NCBI GenBank assembly: GCA_046290465.1
Contig: JBKAGP010000001.1
Coordinates: 3,808,001-3,872,000, forward strand
Length of the DNA stretch: 64,000 nt
Direction: 5' to 3'
From: Planctomycetota bacterium
GTDB lineage: Bacteria > Planctomycetota > UBA1135 > UBA2386
The stretch's first letter is position 1. Each line of letters begins with the position of its first letter. Below are positions 28,697-37,376 of the stretch, piece by piece. The position numbers were made by a program, and so were the translations under genes. The notes under the pieces are model-generated. The model was not told where the DNA came from, searched no databases, and saw nothing but the letters and a program-made list of their open reading frames with translations.

Positions 28697-29290
28697 GTGA
28701 GCGGCGACTTCGACGAGCTGCAGCGGAGCGTGACCAATGGTGACGAGCAGGCGCTCGATCGCATGGTCGCCCGCTTCCTGCCGCGCCTGCACGCGTTCGT
28801 GCGGGTGCAGATGGGGCCGGGCCTGCGTCGGCGCGAAGCCTCCGTCGACGTCGTGCAATCGGTCTGCCGCGAGGTGCTCGAAGAACGTGACTCGTTCGAG
28901 TTCCGCGGCGAGGGCGCGTTCTTGAGCTGGCTGCTGACCGCCGCGATGAACAAGCTGCGCGAACGGGCGCGGTTCTTCTCTCGACAGCGCCGCGACGTCG
29001 CCCGCGAGGCGGTGCTGCCGGACGCGATCGCGTATCGCGGGCTGTCGCCGAGTCGCGAGGTCATGGATCAGGAAGAGGTCGGCCGGCTCGAAGACGCACT
29101 CGCGCAGCTGCCGGACGACTACCGCGAGATCCTGGTGCTGGCGCGCATCGTCGGCATGCCGCACGCGGACATCGCCGAACACCTCGGCCGCTCGCTGCCA
29201 TCCGTCCGCAACGCGCTCGGGCGGGCCGTGACCCGCCTCGGCAAGTTGATGAAGGACGGCGCGAGCGGCGACGGCGCCGACCGCGACTAG
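28697..29290 (+). CDS. ECF-type RNA polymerase sigma-70 factor
   Basis: GDEQAL, DVVQSV, FLSWLLTAAMNK, ALAQLPDDYREIL...IAEHLGRS; TAGGAT 6 nt before GTG. Confidence 0.9.
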   Translation: MSGDFDELQRSVTNGDEQALDRMVARFLPRLHAFVRVQMGPGLRRREASVDVVQSVCREVLEERDSFEFRGEGAFLSWLLTAAMNKLRERARFFSRQRRDVAREAVLPDAIAYRGLSPSREVMDQEEVGRLEDALAQLPDDYREILVLARIVGMPHADIAEHLGRSLPSVRNALGRAVTRLGKLMKDGASGDGADRD

Positions 29291-31800
29291 AGATCGCCGA
29301 TGGTGCCGCGCAGGCCCTGGCTCAACGCGATGTTGATCTGGTTGATGCCGGGCACCCAGGCGCCACCCTGCGCGTAGACCATCTGCCCGACCAGCGCCGG
29401 GTTGGCCGGCACGAACAGCGAGTAGACCGGGTTGGGCGACGGCAGCAGGAACGCCTCGGTCACGGCGCCGCCGGTCAGCACCGTGCAGCCGGGCGCGAGC
29501 AGGCCGAGCGGCGTGTTGGCCGCGACCATGTCGAGCTGCAGGATGCCGATCAACGCGCCCGCCGGCACGCTGTCGAGGTTGATCTGCCACGGCTGGCACA
29601 GCATCGGACGGGTGTTGCCGCTGATCGTCATGCCGTAGCAGCCGTTGCCGTAGCTGTCGTTCTGCGCGACCTGGTCGCCGTTGGCGCGATCGTCCGACAG
29701 GTAGAGCATCGTGAACGCCTCGTCGGCCGGCGCACCCGCGGCGTCGTAGCAGCGAACGGTCACCTGCGTGCCGCCGCTGCCGTTGCCGGCCCAGCCGCTG
29801 ACCGACGCGTATTCGCTGCCGCCGCCGTAGGCCGTGACCTGCACGGTCGAGCTGTCGAACGCCGCGAGCGTCGGCAGCTCGACCTGGTAGACCCCGACGC
29901 CGAGGCGTGAGACCTCGATCGGATCGGTCGACGGCACGGTGCCGTTCTCGTCGGTGTAGGCCGCACCCGGCAGGTAGCTGGCCGTGAACGGCTGCCCCGC
30001 CCAGACGTGCGCGCCGGAGCCCTGCATGTCGCCGATCGGCGCCGCCACCTCGTTGTAGCTGACCATGAAGCGGCCGTTGCTCGGGTTGCCGGCGCCGTCG
30101 TAGACGCGCACGCCGATGGTCACGCCGGTCGAGCCTGCCGCCCAGCCGCTGACCTTGGCACGCAGCAGACCAGGACCGTACGGCGTCACCTGCACGTGGC
30201 CGAGTTCGGCGCCGAGCGGATCGAGCCCGGGGAAGAAGACCGTGTAGCTGCCGGTGCCGCCGCGCGTGATCGTCGGATCCGGACGGTCGGCGTTGAACGA
30301 GAAGTCGGTCGCCGGCGTGTAGCTGTTGGCGTTGGGCGAGTTGGCGAAGCAGTAGGCCTCGCGGGTGCGGTCGTTGCCACCCGAACGGAAGTGCACCGTG
30401 AACGCCGCGTCGTTGGCCGGGCCGCCGCTCGGCGTCCAGCAGTCGACGTAGATCCACACCGCCGAACCGACCAGCGACCAGCTGTTGACGACCGCCGTGT
30501 GGTTGCCGCCGTAGGCCGACGCGTGCGCCGTTCCGTTGGCCGTGCTCATGCCGGGGATCTTCACGACGTAGCGGTGCTGCAGGCCAGCGAAGCGGTCGAC
30601 GGTGATCGTCTGCCCCGAGGTCGTGTGCTGGTAGGTCGCCGACGGCGTGAACGACGCGCCCTGGTTGACCGGGTAGACCCAGGCCCAGGCGACCTCGCGC
30701 TGCCGCGCCGGCTCGTCGCTCAGGTAGATCAGGTCGAAGCGCGCGTCAGCCGGCCCGCCGTTGGCGTCGAACGTGCGCACGCGCACGATCGTGCCGCCGC
30801 AGCCGTCACCGCTCCAGTACTGCACCACCGCGTGGCTGTTGTCGTTGCCGTAGCTGGTCGCCGCCGCGTAGCTCTTGTTGGTCGGGATCATGTCCGGCAG
30901 GTAGACGTCGTAGCTGCCGACCCCGACGCGCGTGATGCGCTCGACGCCGTCGGGCCCGCCGGGGCCGTTGCTGTCGGTGTAGGTCGGGGTCGGCACGTAG
31001 CTCGCGGCGAACGGATCGTTCGCCCAGACGTGCGCGCCCGAACCGGCGTTGCCGTCGATCGCCGCCGCCGTCTCCTGGTAGCTCAGCGTGAAGCGCTGGT
31101 CCGCCAGCGAGCCGGTCGCGTCGTAGGTGCGCACGTCGACGAGCTGGTCGCCGCCGCCGGGGTTCCAGGTCGCGACCTTGGCGCGCATCGCGCTCGAACC
31201 GTACGGCGTGACCTGCACGTGCCCGCCCTCGGCGCCGAGCGGCGCGAGCCCCGGCAGCCGCACGCGGTAGTGGCCGGTGTTGAGCCGCTGGATCGTCGGC
31301 GCGGCGCGGTTGCCGTTCCACGCGTAGATGGCGCTCGGCGTGTAGCTGGCCGCGGTCGGGTTGTTGGCCCACAGGTAGGCTTCGCGGCGTTCGTCGTCGC
31401 CCTCCAGCCGGTACGAGATCGTGAACGCGGCGTCGTTGGCCGCGACGCCGTTGAGGTCGAACATCTCGACCGACGCGCGCACGGTGCCGGCGGTGATGCC
31501 CCAACCGTTGACGACCGCGACGCTGTCGCCGCCGTAGGCGTGCGCCTGCACCACCCCGGTCCCGGCCGAGAAGCCCGGCATGTCGACGTAGTAGAGGTTC
31601 TGCTGCGTCGGCGAACGGCTGACCGTGATGGTCCCGCCGGAGCTGGTGTACTGGTAGTTGGGGTTGGGAGTGAAGGTCGCGCCGGCGGTGCTCGGCGTGA
31701 CCCAGGCCCATGCAACCTCCTGCGCGAGCAGCGAGGGAGCGGACAGCAGGACGGCGGCCGCCGCGGTGGCAACGAACGGACGGAACGGGGATCGGATCAT
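29287..31800 (-). CDS. Secreted protein with six modules of about 110 aa (ABC-ABC) and C-terminal module
   Basis: Signal ending SLLA-Q; EVAWAWV, REAY.AN, GSGAHVWA each occur twice; every module ends (T/C/M)-(F/Y/W)-D...G...D..F...(Y/F). Confidence 0.85.
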   Translation of the reverse strand: MIRSPFRPFVATAAAAVLLSAPSLLAQEVAWAWVTPSTAGATFTPNPNYQYTSSGGTITVSRSPTQQNLYYVDMPGFSAGTGVVQAHAYGGDSVAVVNGWGITAGTVRASVEMFDLNGVAANDAAFTISYRLEGDDERREAYLWANNPTAASYTPSAIYAWNGNRAAPTIQRLNTGHYRVRLPGLAPLGAEGGHVQVTPYGSSAMRAKVATWNPGGGDQLVDVRTYDATGSLADQRFTLSYQETAAAIDGNAGSGAHVWANDPFAASYVPTPTYTDSNGPGGPDGVERITRVGVGSYDVYLPDMIPTNKSYAAATSYGNDNSHAVVQYWSGDGCGGTIVRVRTFDANGGPADARFDLIYLSDEPARQREVAWAWVYPVNQGASFTPSATYQHTTSGQTITVDRFAGLQHRYVVKIPGMSTANGTAHASAYGGNHTAVVNSWSLVGSAVWIYVDCWTPSGGPANDAAFTVHFRSGGNDRTREAYCFANSPNANSYTPATDFSFNADRPDPTITRGGTGSYTVFFPGLDPLGAELGHVQVTPYGPGLLRAKVSGWAAGSTGVTIGVRVYDGAGNPSNGRFMVSYNEVAAPIGDMQGSGAHVWAGQPFTASYLPGAAYTDENGTVPSTDPIEVSRLGVGVYQVELPTLAAFDSSTVQVTAYGGGSEYASVSGWAGNGSGGTQVTVRCYDAAGAPADEAFTMLYLSDDRANGDQVAQNDSYGNGCYGMTISGNTRPMLCQPWQINLDSVPAGALIGILQLDMVAANTPLGLLAPGCTVLTGGAVTEAFLLPSPNPVYSLFVPANPALVGQMVYAQGGAWVPGINQINIALSQGLRGTIGDL

Positions 31801-32069
31801 GGTGGGGACCTCGATGGATCGGGGAAGGGATGCGTCGGCCCCCACCAGTGCCACCCACCGACGATGTGCTCGCGCGTGCTCGCGATTTCCTCCGCTCATC
31901 GCCGCGCCGTAAGCGCCGGCGATCCCCGCGCGCATCCGTCAGGAAGCGAATGGCCTCATTGCGCTCATTGCCTATGATGCTCGCGCGATCGACGGCGGAG
32001 CGATGCCGCTCCCCTCGCCCGACCCGCACGGGTCGCGGTCGCACCCCCTACTTCCAGGTATCCACAACT

Positions 32070-33749
32070 ATGCTCAGCACTACTCTGCTCAACGTTCTCG
32101 CCTTCCTGCCCCAGGGCGGCCAGGGCGCCTCGACGGCCCCGGTCGTCATCAACGAGTTCAGCTACGACGATTCGAGCGGCGACGACTTCGAGTTCGTCGA
32201 GCTCTACAACCGCAGCGCCGCGCCGGTCGATCTCAGCAACTGGTCGCTGGTCGGCGACGACTCGAACGGCGTCAACTTCACCGAGGTCCTGCCGGCCGGC
32301 ACGATCCTGAACCCGGGCGACTACCTCGTCATCGGCGACGCCAACGTCCCGAACGTCGACATCGTGCGCGCGTCGGGCTTCCTGCAGAACAGCGACGAGT
32401 CGATCACCCTGTTCGACGACTCGCAGAACCTCATCGACACGCTGATCTACGAGTCGAACAAGAGCGTCTTCAACGCCACTCTGGTCGAAGGCGAAGGCCT
32501 GTGGGGCAACTTCATGCTGGTCGAGGGCAACGAGACCACCTGGTCGCGCTTCCGTGACGGCTTCGACTCGAACGACAACGGCAACGACTTCCGTCTGCAG
32601 CCGTGGTCGCCGGGCACGAGCAACAACCTCCCCTACCAGCCGCAGGTCGTCGAGGCCTTCGACGGCCTGACGGTCGGCGCCGACGTGCCCGGCTGGGGCA
32701 GCTCGTTCGTCAACCCGCGCGTCATCGACCCGACGCTGATCGACGGCAACAACCCCAACGCCATCCCGGTGTCGCCGCAGGGCGCCAACGCCGGCATCCT
32801 CTGGGATCCGTCGGGCGGCGGCGACCACGGCATGCTGATCGCCGATCCGGGCAAGAACGGCAGCTTCGAGGCCTACGTCTACATCGCCTCGGCGCAGCTC
32901 CCGGTCACCGAACTGGAGATGTGGTCGGTCGGCTTCGGCACGTCCGGCACCTTCTACAACTTCCCCGACCCGACCGCCGCGCTCGGCTTCACCGCCAACG
33001 GCAACACCGGCGTCACCTGGACGTTCGTCCGTGACGAGTTCGGCGCCAACATCTACCTGATCGACCACAACAACGGCGGCCTCGGCGGCAACGCGATCAG
33101 CAACGCCACCGTCATCGGCACCGTGGCGATCGCCTCGGGCGTCAACGACGGCTGGCAGCGCCTGCGCCTCGAGATCAACGGCGGCAACGTCACGGCCCGC
33201 TTCGGCGGCACCTATGGCGTCGCCGACGGCACGGTGTTCACGACCACGGTCGACGACATCGACCGCGGCCTCTACGCCAGCTACCGCGAAGGCCTGACGG
33301 TCAACGCCGACGCCCGCCCGTTCACGTGGGACCTGATGACGTTCACGAGCGAAGGCTCGGCGCGCGCCACCGCCTACGGCGTCGGCTGCGACAACCTGAC
33401 CCTGACGACGACCGGCGCCCCGACGATCGGCAACAACACGTTCTCGCTCGAGGTCAACAACGTCGGTGCGGTCCCGATCGCGCTGGTCGGCTTCGGCACG
33501 ACGGCCGTCAACCCGGGCCTCGACCTGACCGCCGTCGGCATGGCCGGCTGCTTCGGCTACACGTCGCTCGACATCGGCCTGTTCCAGACCTCGCCGGTCG
33601 TCGCCGGCACCGGCTCGCTGCCGCTGCCGATCCCGAACTCGGCCACGTTCATCGGCTCGACGTTCTCGGCGCAAGGCGTCGCCTTCTCGCCGACCACGTC
33701 GCTCGGCCTGTCGTCGTCGAACGGCATCGACATGTTCTTCGGCCTCTAG
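32070..33749 (+). CDS. Lamin-tail-domain (LTD) secreted protein with C-terminal module
   Basis: VVINEFSYDD...EFVELYN...VDLSNWSL...GTILNPGDYLVI...LQNSDESITLFD. Confidence 0.85.
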   Translation: MLSTTLLNVLAFLPQGGQGASTAPVVINEFSYDDSSGDDFEFVELYNRSAAPVDLSNWSLVGDDSNGVNFTEVLPAGTILNPGDYLVIGDANVPNVDIVRASGFLQNSDESITLFDDSQNLIDTLIYESNKSVFNATLVEGEGLWGNFMLVEGNETTWSRFRDGFDSNDNGNDFRLQPWSPGTSNNLPYQPQVVEAFDGLTVGADVPGWGSSFVNPRVIDPTLIDGNNPNAIPVSPQGANAGILWDPSGGGDHGMLIADPGKNGSFEAYVYIASAQLPVTELEMWSVGFGTSGTFYNFPDPTAALGFTANGNTGVTWTFVRDEFGANIYLIDHNNGGLGGNAISNATVIGTVAIASGVNDGWQRLRLEINGGNVTARFGGTYGVADGTVFTTTVDDIDRGLYASYREGLTVNADARPFTWDLMTFTSEGSARATAYGVGCDNLTLTTTGAPTIGNNTFSLEVNNVGAVPIALVGFGTTAVNPGLDLTAVGMAGCFGYTSLDIGLFQTSPVVAGTGSLPLPIPNSATFIGSTFSAQGVAFSPTTSLGLSSSNGIDMFFGL

Positions 33750-33766
33750 GCCGGAGAACGTTCGGG

Positions 33767-33949
33767 CGCGGCCCTAGAGGCCGCGTTTTGGCGCCAGGGC
33801 GTCCGACGCGGCCCTCAAGGCCGCGTTTTGGCGCCAGGGCGTCCGACGCGGCCCTAAAGGCCGCGTTTTGGCGCCAGGGCGTCCGACGCGGCCCTCAAGG
33901 CCGCGTTTTGGCGCCAGGGCGTCCGACGCGGCCTGAAGGCCGCGTTTTG
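33767..33949. repeat. 40-bp tandem repeat, about 4.5 copies, each with palindrome CGCGGCC-N5-GGCCGCG
   Basis: Period 40 at 33771, 33811, 33851, 33891, 33931; only loop bases vary. Confidence 0.92.
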
Positions 33950-35012
33950 TCACCAAGTACACCGCGAAGCTGCCGAGCCAATGCCCGCCTTCGTAGTGCT
34001 CCCCGGTGACCGCCGCGAGCCCGGCGTCGCGGTGCGCGCGCGCCGCGCGTAGCACCGCCGCAGTGCGCGGGTCGTCCTTGCCGAGCCCCTGCGCGATGCC
34101 TTCGAGCATCCACGCGCGCGCGAGATTGAGGCCGTCGAGGTGCGCGAGCTTGCCGTCGGACTTGTCGGTCACGACCGCCGGCGCCATCGCAAACCTCTGG
34201 TCGAGACCCGGCAGGAAGCCGCCGAGCCACTCGGCGAACGCACCGCGCACAAGCACCCGTCGCATCAGGTCCGCCTCGGCGAGCCCCGGCGACAGGAAGT
34301 CCTGGCCACCGGGCTCGAACGACAGGTTCCAGCCGCGGTCGCCGCCGTAGAACGCCTTGGCCCGCGCGACCAGCAGCTGCTCGAACTCGCGGTCGCCGAC
34401 GGCGCGCGCCCAGTCGAGCATCAACCCCATCGCAAACGCCGTCTGGCTGTGCTCGCCGGTGCGGATCGGATGGCTCAGCTTGGGAAACCACGCGACCAGC
34501 CGTTGGCGTGCGGCGCGACTCAACGGCGCCAGCGCCGCGGCCCAGCCGCGCGCCTCGTCGTCGTCCCAACCACGCAGCTCGGCGTCGAGCTGCAGCAGCC
34601 ACGCGAGTCCGTAGGGACGTTCGAACGAGGCCCGGCCCGCGCCTTCGAGGTAGGCGACTTCGGCGGCGAGGTTCTGCTCGGTCAGCGAACGCCGCAGCGC
34701 CGCGCGCGCCCGCGCGGCGAACGGCGCGTCCGGATACGTGCGCGCGAGCCGCGCCAGCAGCCAGTGCCCGTGCACCGACGAGTGCCAGTCGTAGCAGCCG
34801 TAGAACGCCGGCGTCAGCTCGTGCGGCTCGGCGACGTCGTCGGGCGAACGCAGCACGTGGCTGATCTTGTTGGGATACTCGCGATGCACGCAGTCGAGCG
34901 CGAGTGCGGCGAAGCGCGCCGCGGCGGCAGCCGGAAACGGCCGGGGCGCCTGGGCGCACGCCGACGCCAGCAGGGCCAGCGCACCGAGCGCAGGGGAGGT
35001 GGCTAGTCGCAT
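33774..35012 (-). CDS. DUF2891 family protein (C-terminus extended through tandem repeat)
   Basis: EYPNKISH, PAFYGCYDWHSSVHGHW, FERPYGLAWLL, GEHSQTAF, DFLSP, HLDGLNLARAW, YEGGHWLGSFA. Confidence 0.88.
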   Translation of the reverse strand: MRLATSPALGALALLASACAQAPRPFPAAAAARFAALALDCVHREYPNKISHVLRSPDDVAEPHELTPAFYGCYDWHSSVHGHWLLARLARTYPDAPFAARARAALRRSLTEQNLAAEVAYLEGAGRASFERPYGLAWLLQLDAELRGWDDDEARGWAAALAPLSRAARQRLVAWFPKLSHPIRTGEHSQTAFAMGLMLDWARAVGDREFEQLLVARAKAFYGGDRGWNLSFEPGGQDFLSPGLAEADLMRRVLVRGAFAEWLGGFLPGLDQRFAMAPAVVTDKSDGKLAHLDGLNLARAWMLEGIAQGLGKDDPRTAAVLRAARAHRDAGLAAVTGEHYEGGHWLGSFAVYLVTKRGLQAASDALAPKRGLEGRVGRPGAKTRPLGPRRTPWRQNAALRAASDALAPKRGL

Positions 35013-36097
35013 GGTTGCTTCTGCTTGTCGCGCAGCCGCAGCTGGCCGCACGCGGCGTCGGCATCGGAGCCGGCCGAGTCGCGGATCTTGGCGAGGATCC
35101 CGAGCGCGTTGACGCGCTGCACGATCTCGACGATGCGCGCCCGCGGTGGCGACACGAACGGCACGCCGTCGACCGCGTTGTACTTGATGAAGTTGACGTA
35201 GCCGCGCACGCCGCGCAGCAGGTCGACCAGCAGGTCGACGTCGTCGTCGCCGTCGTTGACGCCTTCGAGCAGCGTGTACTCGAACTGGATCGGCGTGCCG
35301 ACTGCGCGACTGTAGCGATCAGCGGCCGCGACGATGTCCTCGAGGCGGTCCTTGTGCGCGCGCGGTAGCAGCTCGCGGCGCACGTCTTCCTTCGGCGTGT
35401 GGATCGACAGCGCCAGGCACGGCCGCGCATCCGCCGCCAGCATGCGTTCGATCGCGTGCACGCCACCGACCGTCGACAGCGTCTGCCGCTTGGCGGACAT
35501 ACCGAGTTCGTCGCGCAGCCGCGCAACCGCCGTGAGCACGTTGTCGAGGTTGTGCGACGGCTCGCCCATGCCCATGTAGACGACGCGGCCGATCCGCATC
35601 TCCGCGCGCGCATGCACGACCTGTTCGACGATCTCGTCGGGCGTCAGGTGGCGCTCGACCCCGAACATGCCGGACGCGCAGAAGCGGCAGCCGACCGCGC
35701 AGCCGACCTGCGTCGAGACGCAGCACGCGCCGACGGGCATCGCGACGCTCTCGACGCGCCGGCCGTCCTGCAGCTGGACCAGCAGCTTGACGGTGCCGTC
35801 GGTCGAACGGGTGCGCTCGACGACCGAGGTGACCAGGCCGTGGTCCAGCCACTGCTGCACGAGGTCCCACTCGCGCTGCGACAGCCGCAGGCCGCGCCGG
35901 TCGAACTCGTGCTCGGTGACCCGTTCGCCGAGCGCGACCAGCCGGCGTGCCAGCAGGGTCTTCTCGCGCGACAGGACCTGGCCGAGACCGGACAGGCCGG
36001 AGCCAACCAGACTGGAGCCGACCAGATCGGAGCCCACCAGGGTGGAGCCGACCAGGTTGGGGGTCGCAGCGGACTGGTCGGGAGAACTGGAGGTCAT
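35003..36097 (-). CDS. RlmN/Cfr-family radical SAM RNA methyltransferase (RlmN paralog type)
   Basis: CVSTQVGCAVGCRFCASG, MGMGEP, EYTLLEGVND, DAACGQL. Confidence 0.9.
   Translation of the reverse strand: MTSSSPDQSAATPNLVGSTLVGSDLVGSSLVGSGLSGLGQVLSREKTLLARRLVALGERVTEHEFDRRGLRLSQREWDLVQQWLDHGLVTSVVERTRSTDGTVKLLVQLQDGRRVESVAMPVGACCVSTQVGCAVGCRFCASGMFGVERHLTPDEIVEQVVHARAEMRIGRVVYMGMGEPSHNLDNVLTAVARLRDELGMSAKRQTLSTVGGVHAIERMLAADARPCLALSIHTPKEDVRRELLPRAHKDRLEDIVAAADRYSRAVGTPIQFEYTLLEGVNDGDDDVDLLVDLLRGVRGYVNFIKYNAVDGVPFVSPPRARIVEIVQRVNALGILAKIRDSAGSDADAACGQLRLRDKQKQPCD
35999..36058. repeat. 15-bp tandem repeat x4 encoding LVGSx
   Basis: GGAGCCNACCAGNNN at 35999, 36014, 36029, 36044. Confidence 0.8.
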
Positions 36098-36216
36098 GGG
36101 CGGCGGGATCGCGGCGGCACAGGGTGCCAGGGTGCGGCGGGCCGCGCAATCGGGCGGCCCCACCGCCGTCGGGACGCACCGCCGCTGCTTCGCCAGAAAA
36201 GTCCCAGCGTCAATAC

Positions 36217-36245
36217 TTGACTAGTCATGCTTATCGGCCGATACT
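36217..36245 (+). promoter_or_regulatory. Putative sigma70 promoter (TTGACT-17-GATACT) overlapped by palindrome TGACTAGTCA
   Basis: -35 at 36217-36222, -10 at 36240-36245, GTG start 6 nt later. Confidence 0.65.
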
Positions 36246-36251
36246 GCCCGC

Positions 36252-36764
36252 GTGGCCCGTGACCCCGAACAACCGCAGAGCGTCCAGGAGGCGATCCAGC
36301 AGACCCAGCCGTTCCGCAGCCGGCGGCACGAAGCGATGATCGGGCTGCTGCTGACCGCCCAGGAGCTGATGCGGCCGATGCAGGAGCTGCTCGCCGAGCA
36401 CGACGGGCTCACCCACCAGCAGTACAACGTGCTTCGTATCCTTCGTGGCAGCAAGGACATCGGCTTGCCGACCCTCGAGATCGCCGAACGCATGATCGAG
36501 CGCACCCCGGGCGTGACCCGGCTGATCGACCGCCTCGAGAAGAAGGGCCTGGTCCGCCGCGAGCGCTCCAGCCAGGACCGCCGCCAGGTGTTCTGCCACC
36601 TGACCCAGGCCGGCGACGAGCTGCTCGCCCGACTCGACGGCCCCGTCGATGCGCTCGACGACGTGCTACTGCGCGGCCTCGACGACCAGGAGGTGCAGAC
36701 GCTGATCGCGACGCTCGATCGCCTGCGCCACGACGCCCGAACCCGCGGCCCCGTGCCGCAGTGA
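36252..36764 (+). CDS. MarR-family transcriptional regulator
   Basis: LTHQQYNVLRIL, IAERMIERTPGVTRLIDRLEKKGLVRR...DRRQV...LTQAG. Confidence 0.92.
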   Translation: MARDPEQPQSVQEAIQQTQPFRSRRHEAMIGLLLTAQELMRPMQELLAEHDGLTHQQYNVLRILRGSKDIGLPTLEIAERMIERTPGVTRLIDRLEKKGLVRRERSSQDRRQVFCHLTQAGDELLARLDGPVDALDDVLLRGLDDQEVQTLIATLDRLRHDARTRGPVPQ

Positions 36765-36808
36765 CCCTTCCCCTTTCGAATCGACCGACCCGAACCACGG
36801 AGATATCC

Positions 36809-36820
36809 ATGACTAGTCAA
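36809..36820. promoter_or_regulatory. Second copy of the TGACTAGTCA palindrome, on the doxX start codon
   Basis: ATGACTAGTCAA is the exact reverse complement of TTGACTAGTCAT at 36217-36228. Confidence 0.6.
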
Positions 36821-37303
36821 TCGTTGCCCGTTGAAGCTTCCGCCGGCCAGACCGGCCTGCTCGCCCGCCTGCTCGCCAGCCGCCCGACCCTCGCGCCGGT
36901 CGCGCTGCGCACCACGCTCGCCGTCGTGATGTTCCCGCACGGCGCGCAGAAGGTGCTCGGCTGGTTCGGCGGCTACGGCTGGAGCGGCACGATGGGCTTC
37001 TTCACCGAGCAGATGGGCATGCCGTCGTTTGCAGCGGCGGGCGTGATCCTGCTCGAGTTCCTCGGGCCGCTGCTGCTGCTCGCCGGCCTCGGCACCCGCG
37101 CCGTCGCGCTCGGCTTCGTCGGCATCATGATCGGCGCCATCGCGACCGTGCACGGCAGCGAAGGCTTCTTCATGAACTGGACCGGCCAGCAGACCGGCGA
37201 GGGCTTCGAGTACCACCTGCTGGTGATCGGCATGTCGCTCGCGCTGGTGTTCGCCGGCGGCGGCCGTTGGTCGCTCGATCGCAGGCTCGCGTCGCGCGGC
37301 TGA
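36809..37303 (+). CDS. DoxX family membrane protein
   Basis: RBS GGAG; HGAQKVLGWFGG, EFLGPLLLLAGLGTR, GFFMNW, GFEYHLL, GGGRWSLD. Confidence 0.9.
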   Translation: MTSQSLPVEASAGQTGLLARLLASRPTLAPVALRTTLAVVMFPHGAQKVLGWFGGYGWSGTMGFFTEQMGMPSFAAAGVILLEFLGPLLLLAGLGTRAVALGFVGIMIGAIATVHGSEGFFMNWTGQQTGEGFEYHLLVIGMSLALVFAGGGRWSLDRRLASRG

Positions 37304-37376
37304 GCTGCCGACGACCGCGTCGGCGTCAGGGCAACTTGCCCCTGTGCGTGCCTGCGCCATCTGCTCTAGTGCTCGC

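Noticed and set aside
33767..33949. CRISPR array
   Set aside because: Units are contiguous with no unique spacers; no cas genes
36762..36811. Sec readthrough at other TGA stops (marR, lactonase, doxX, bolA, ABC ATPase)
   Set aside because: These proteins are complete at the TGA, with no Cys-aligned motif or protein-like continuation
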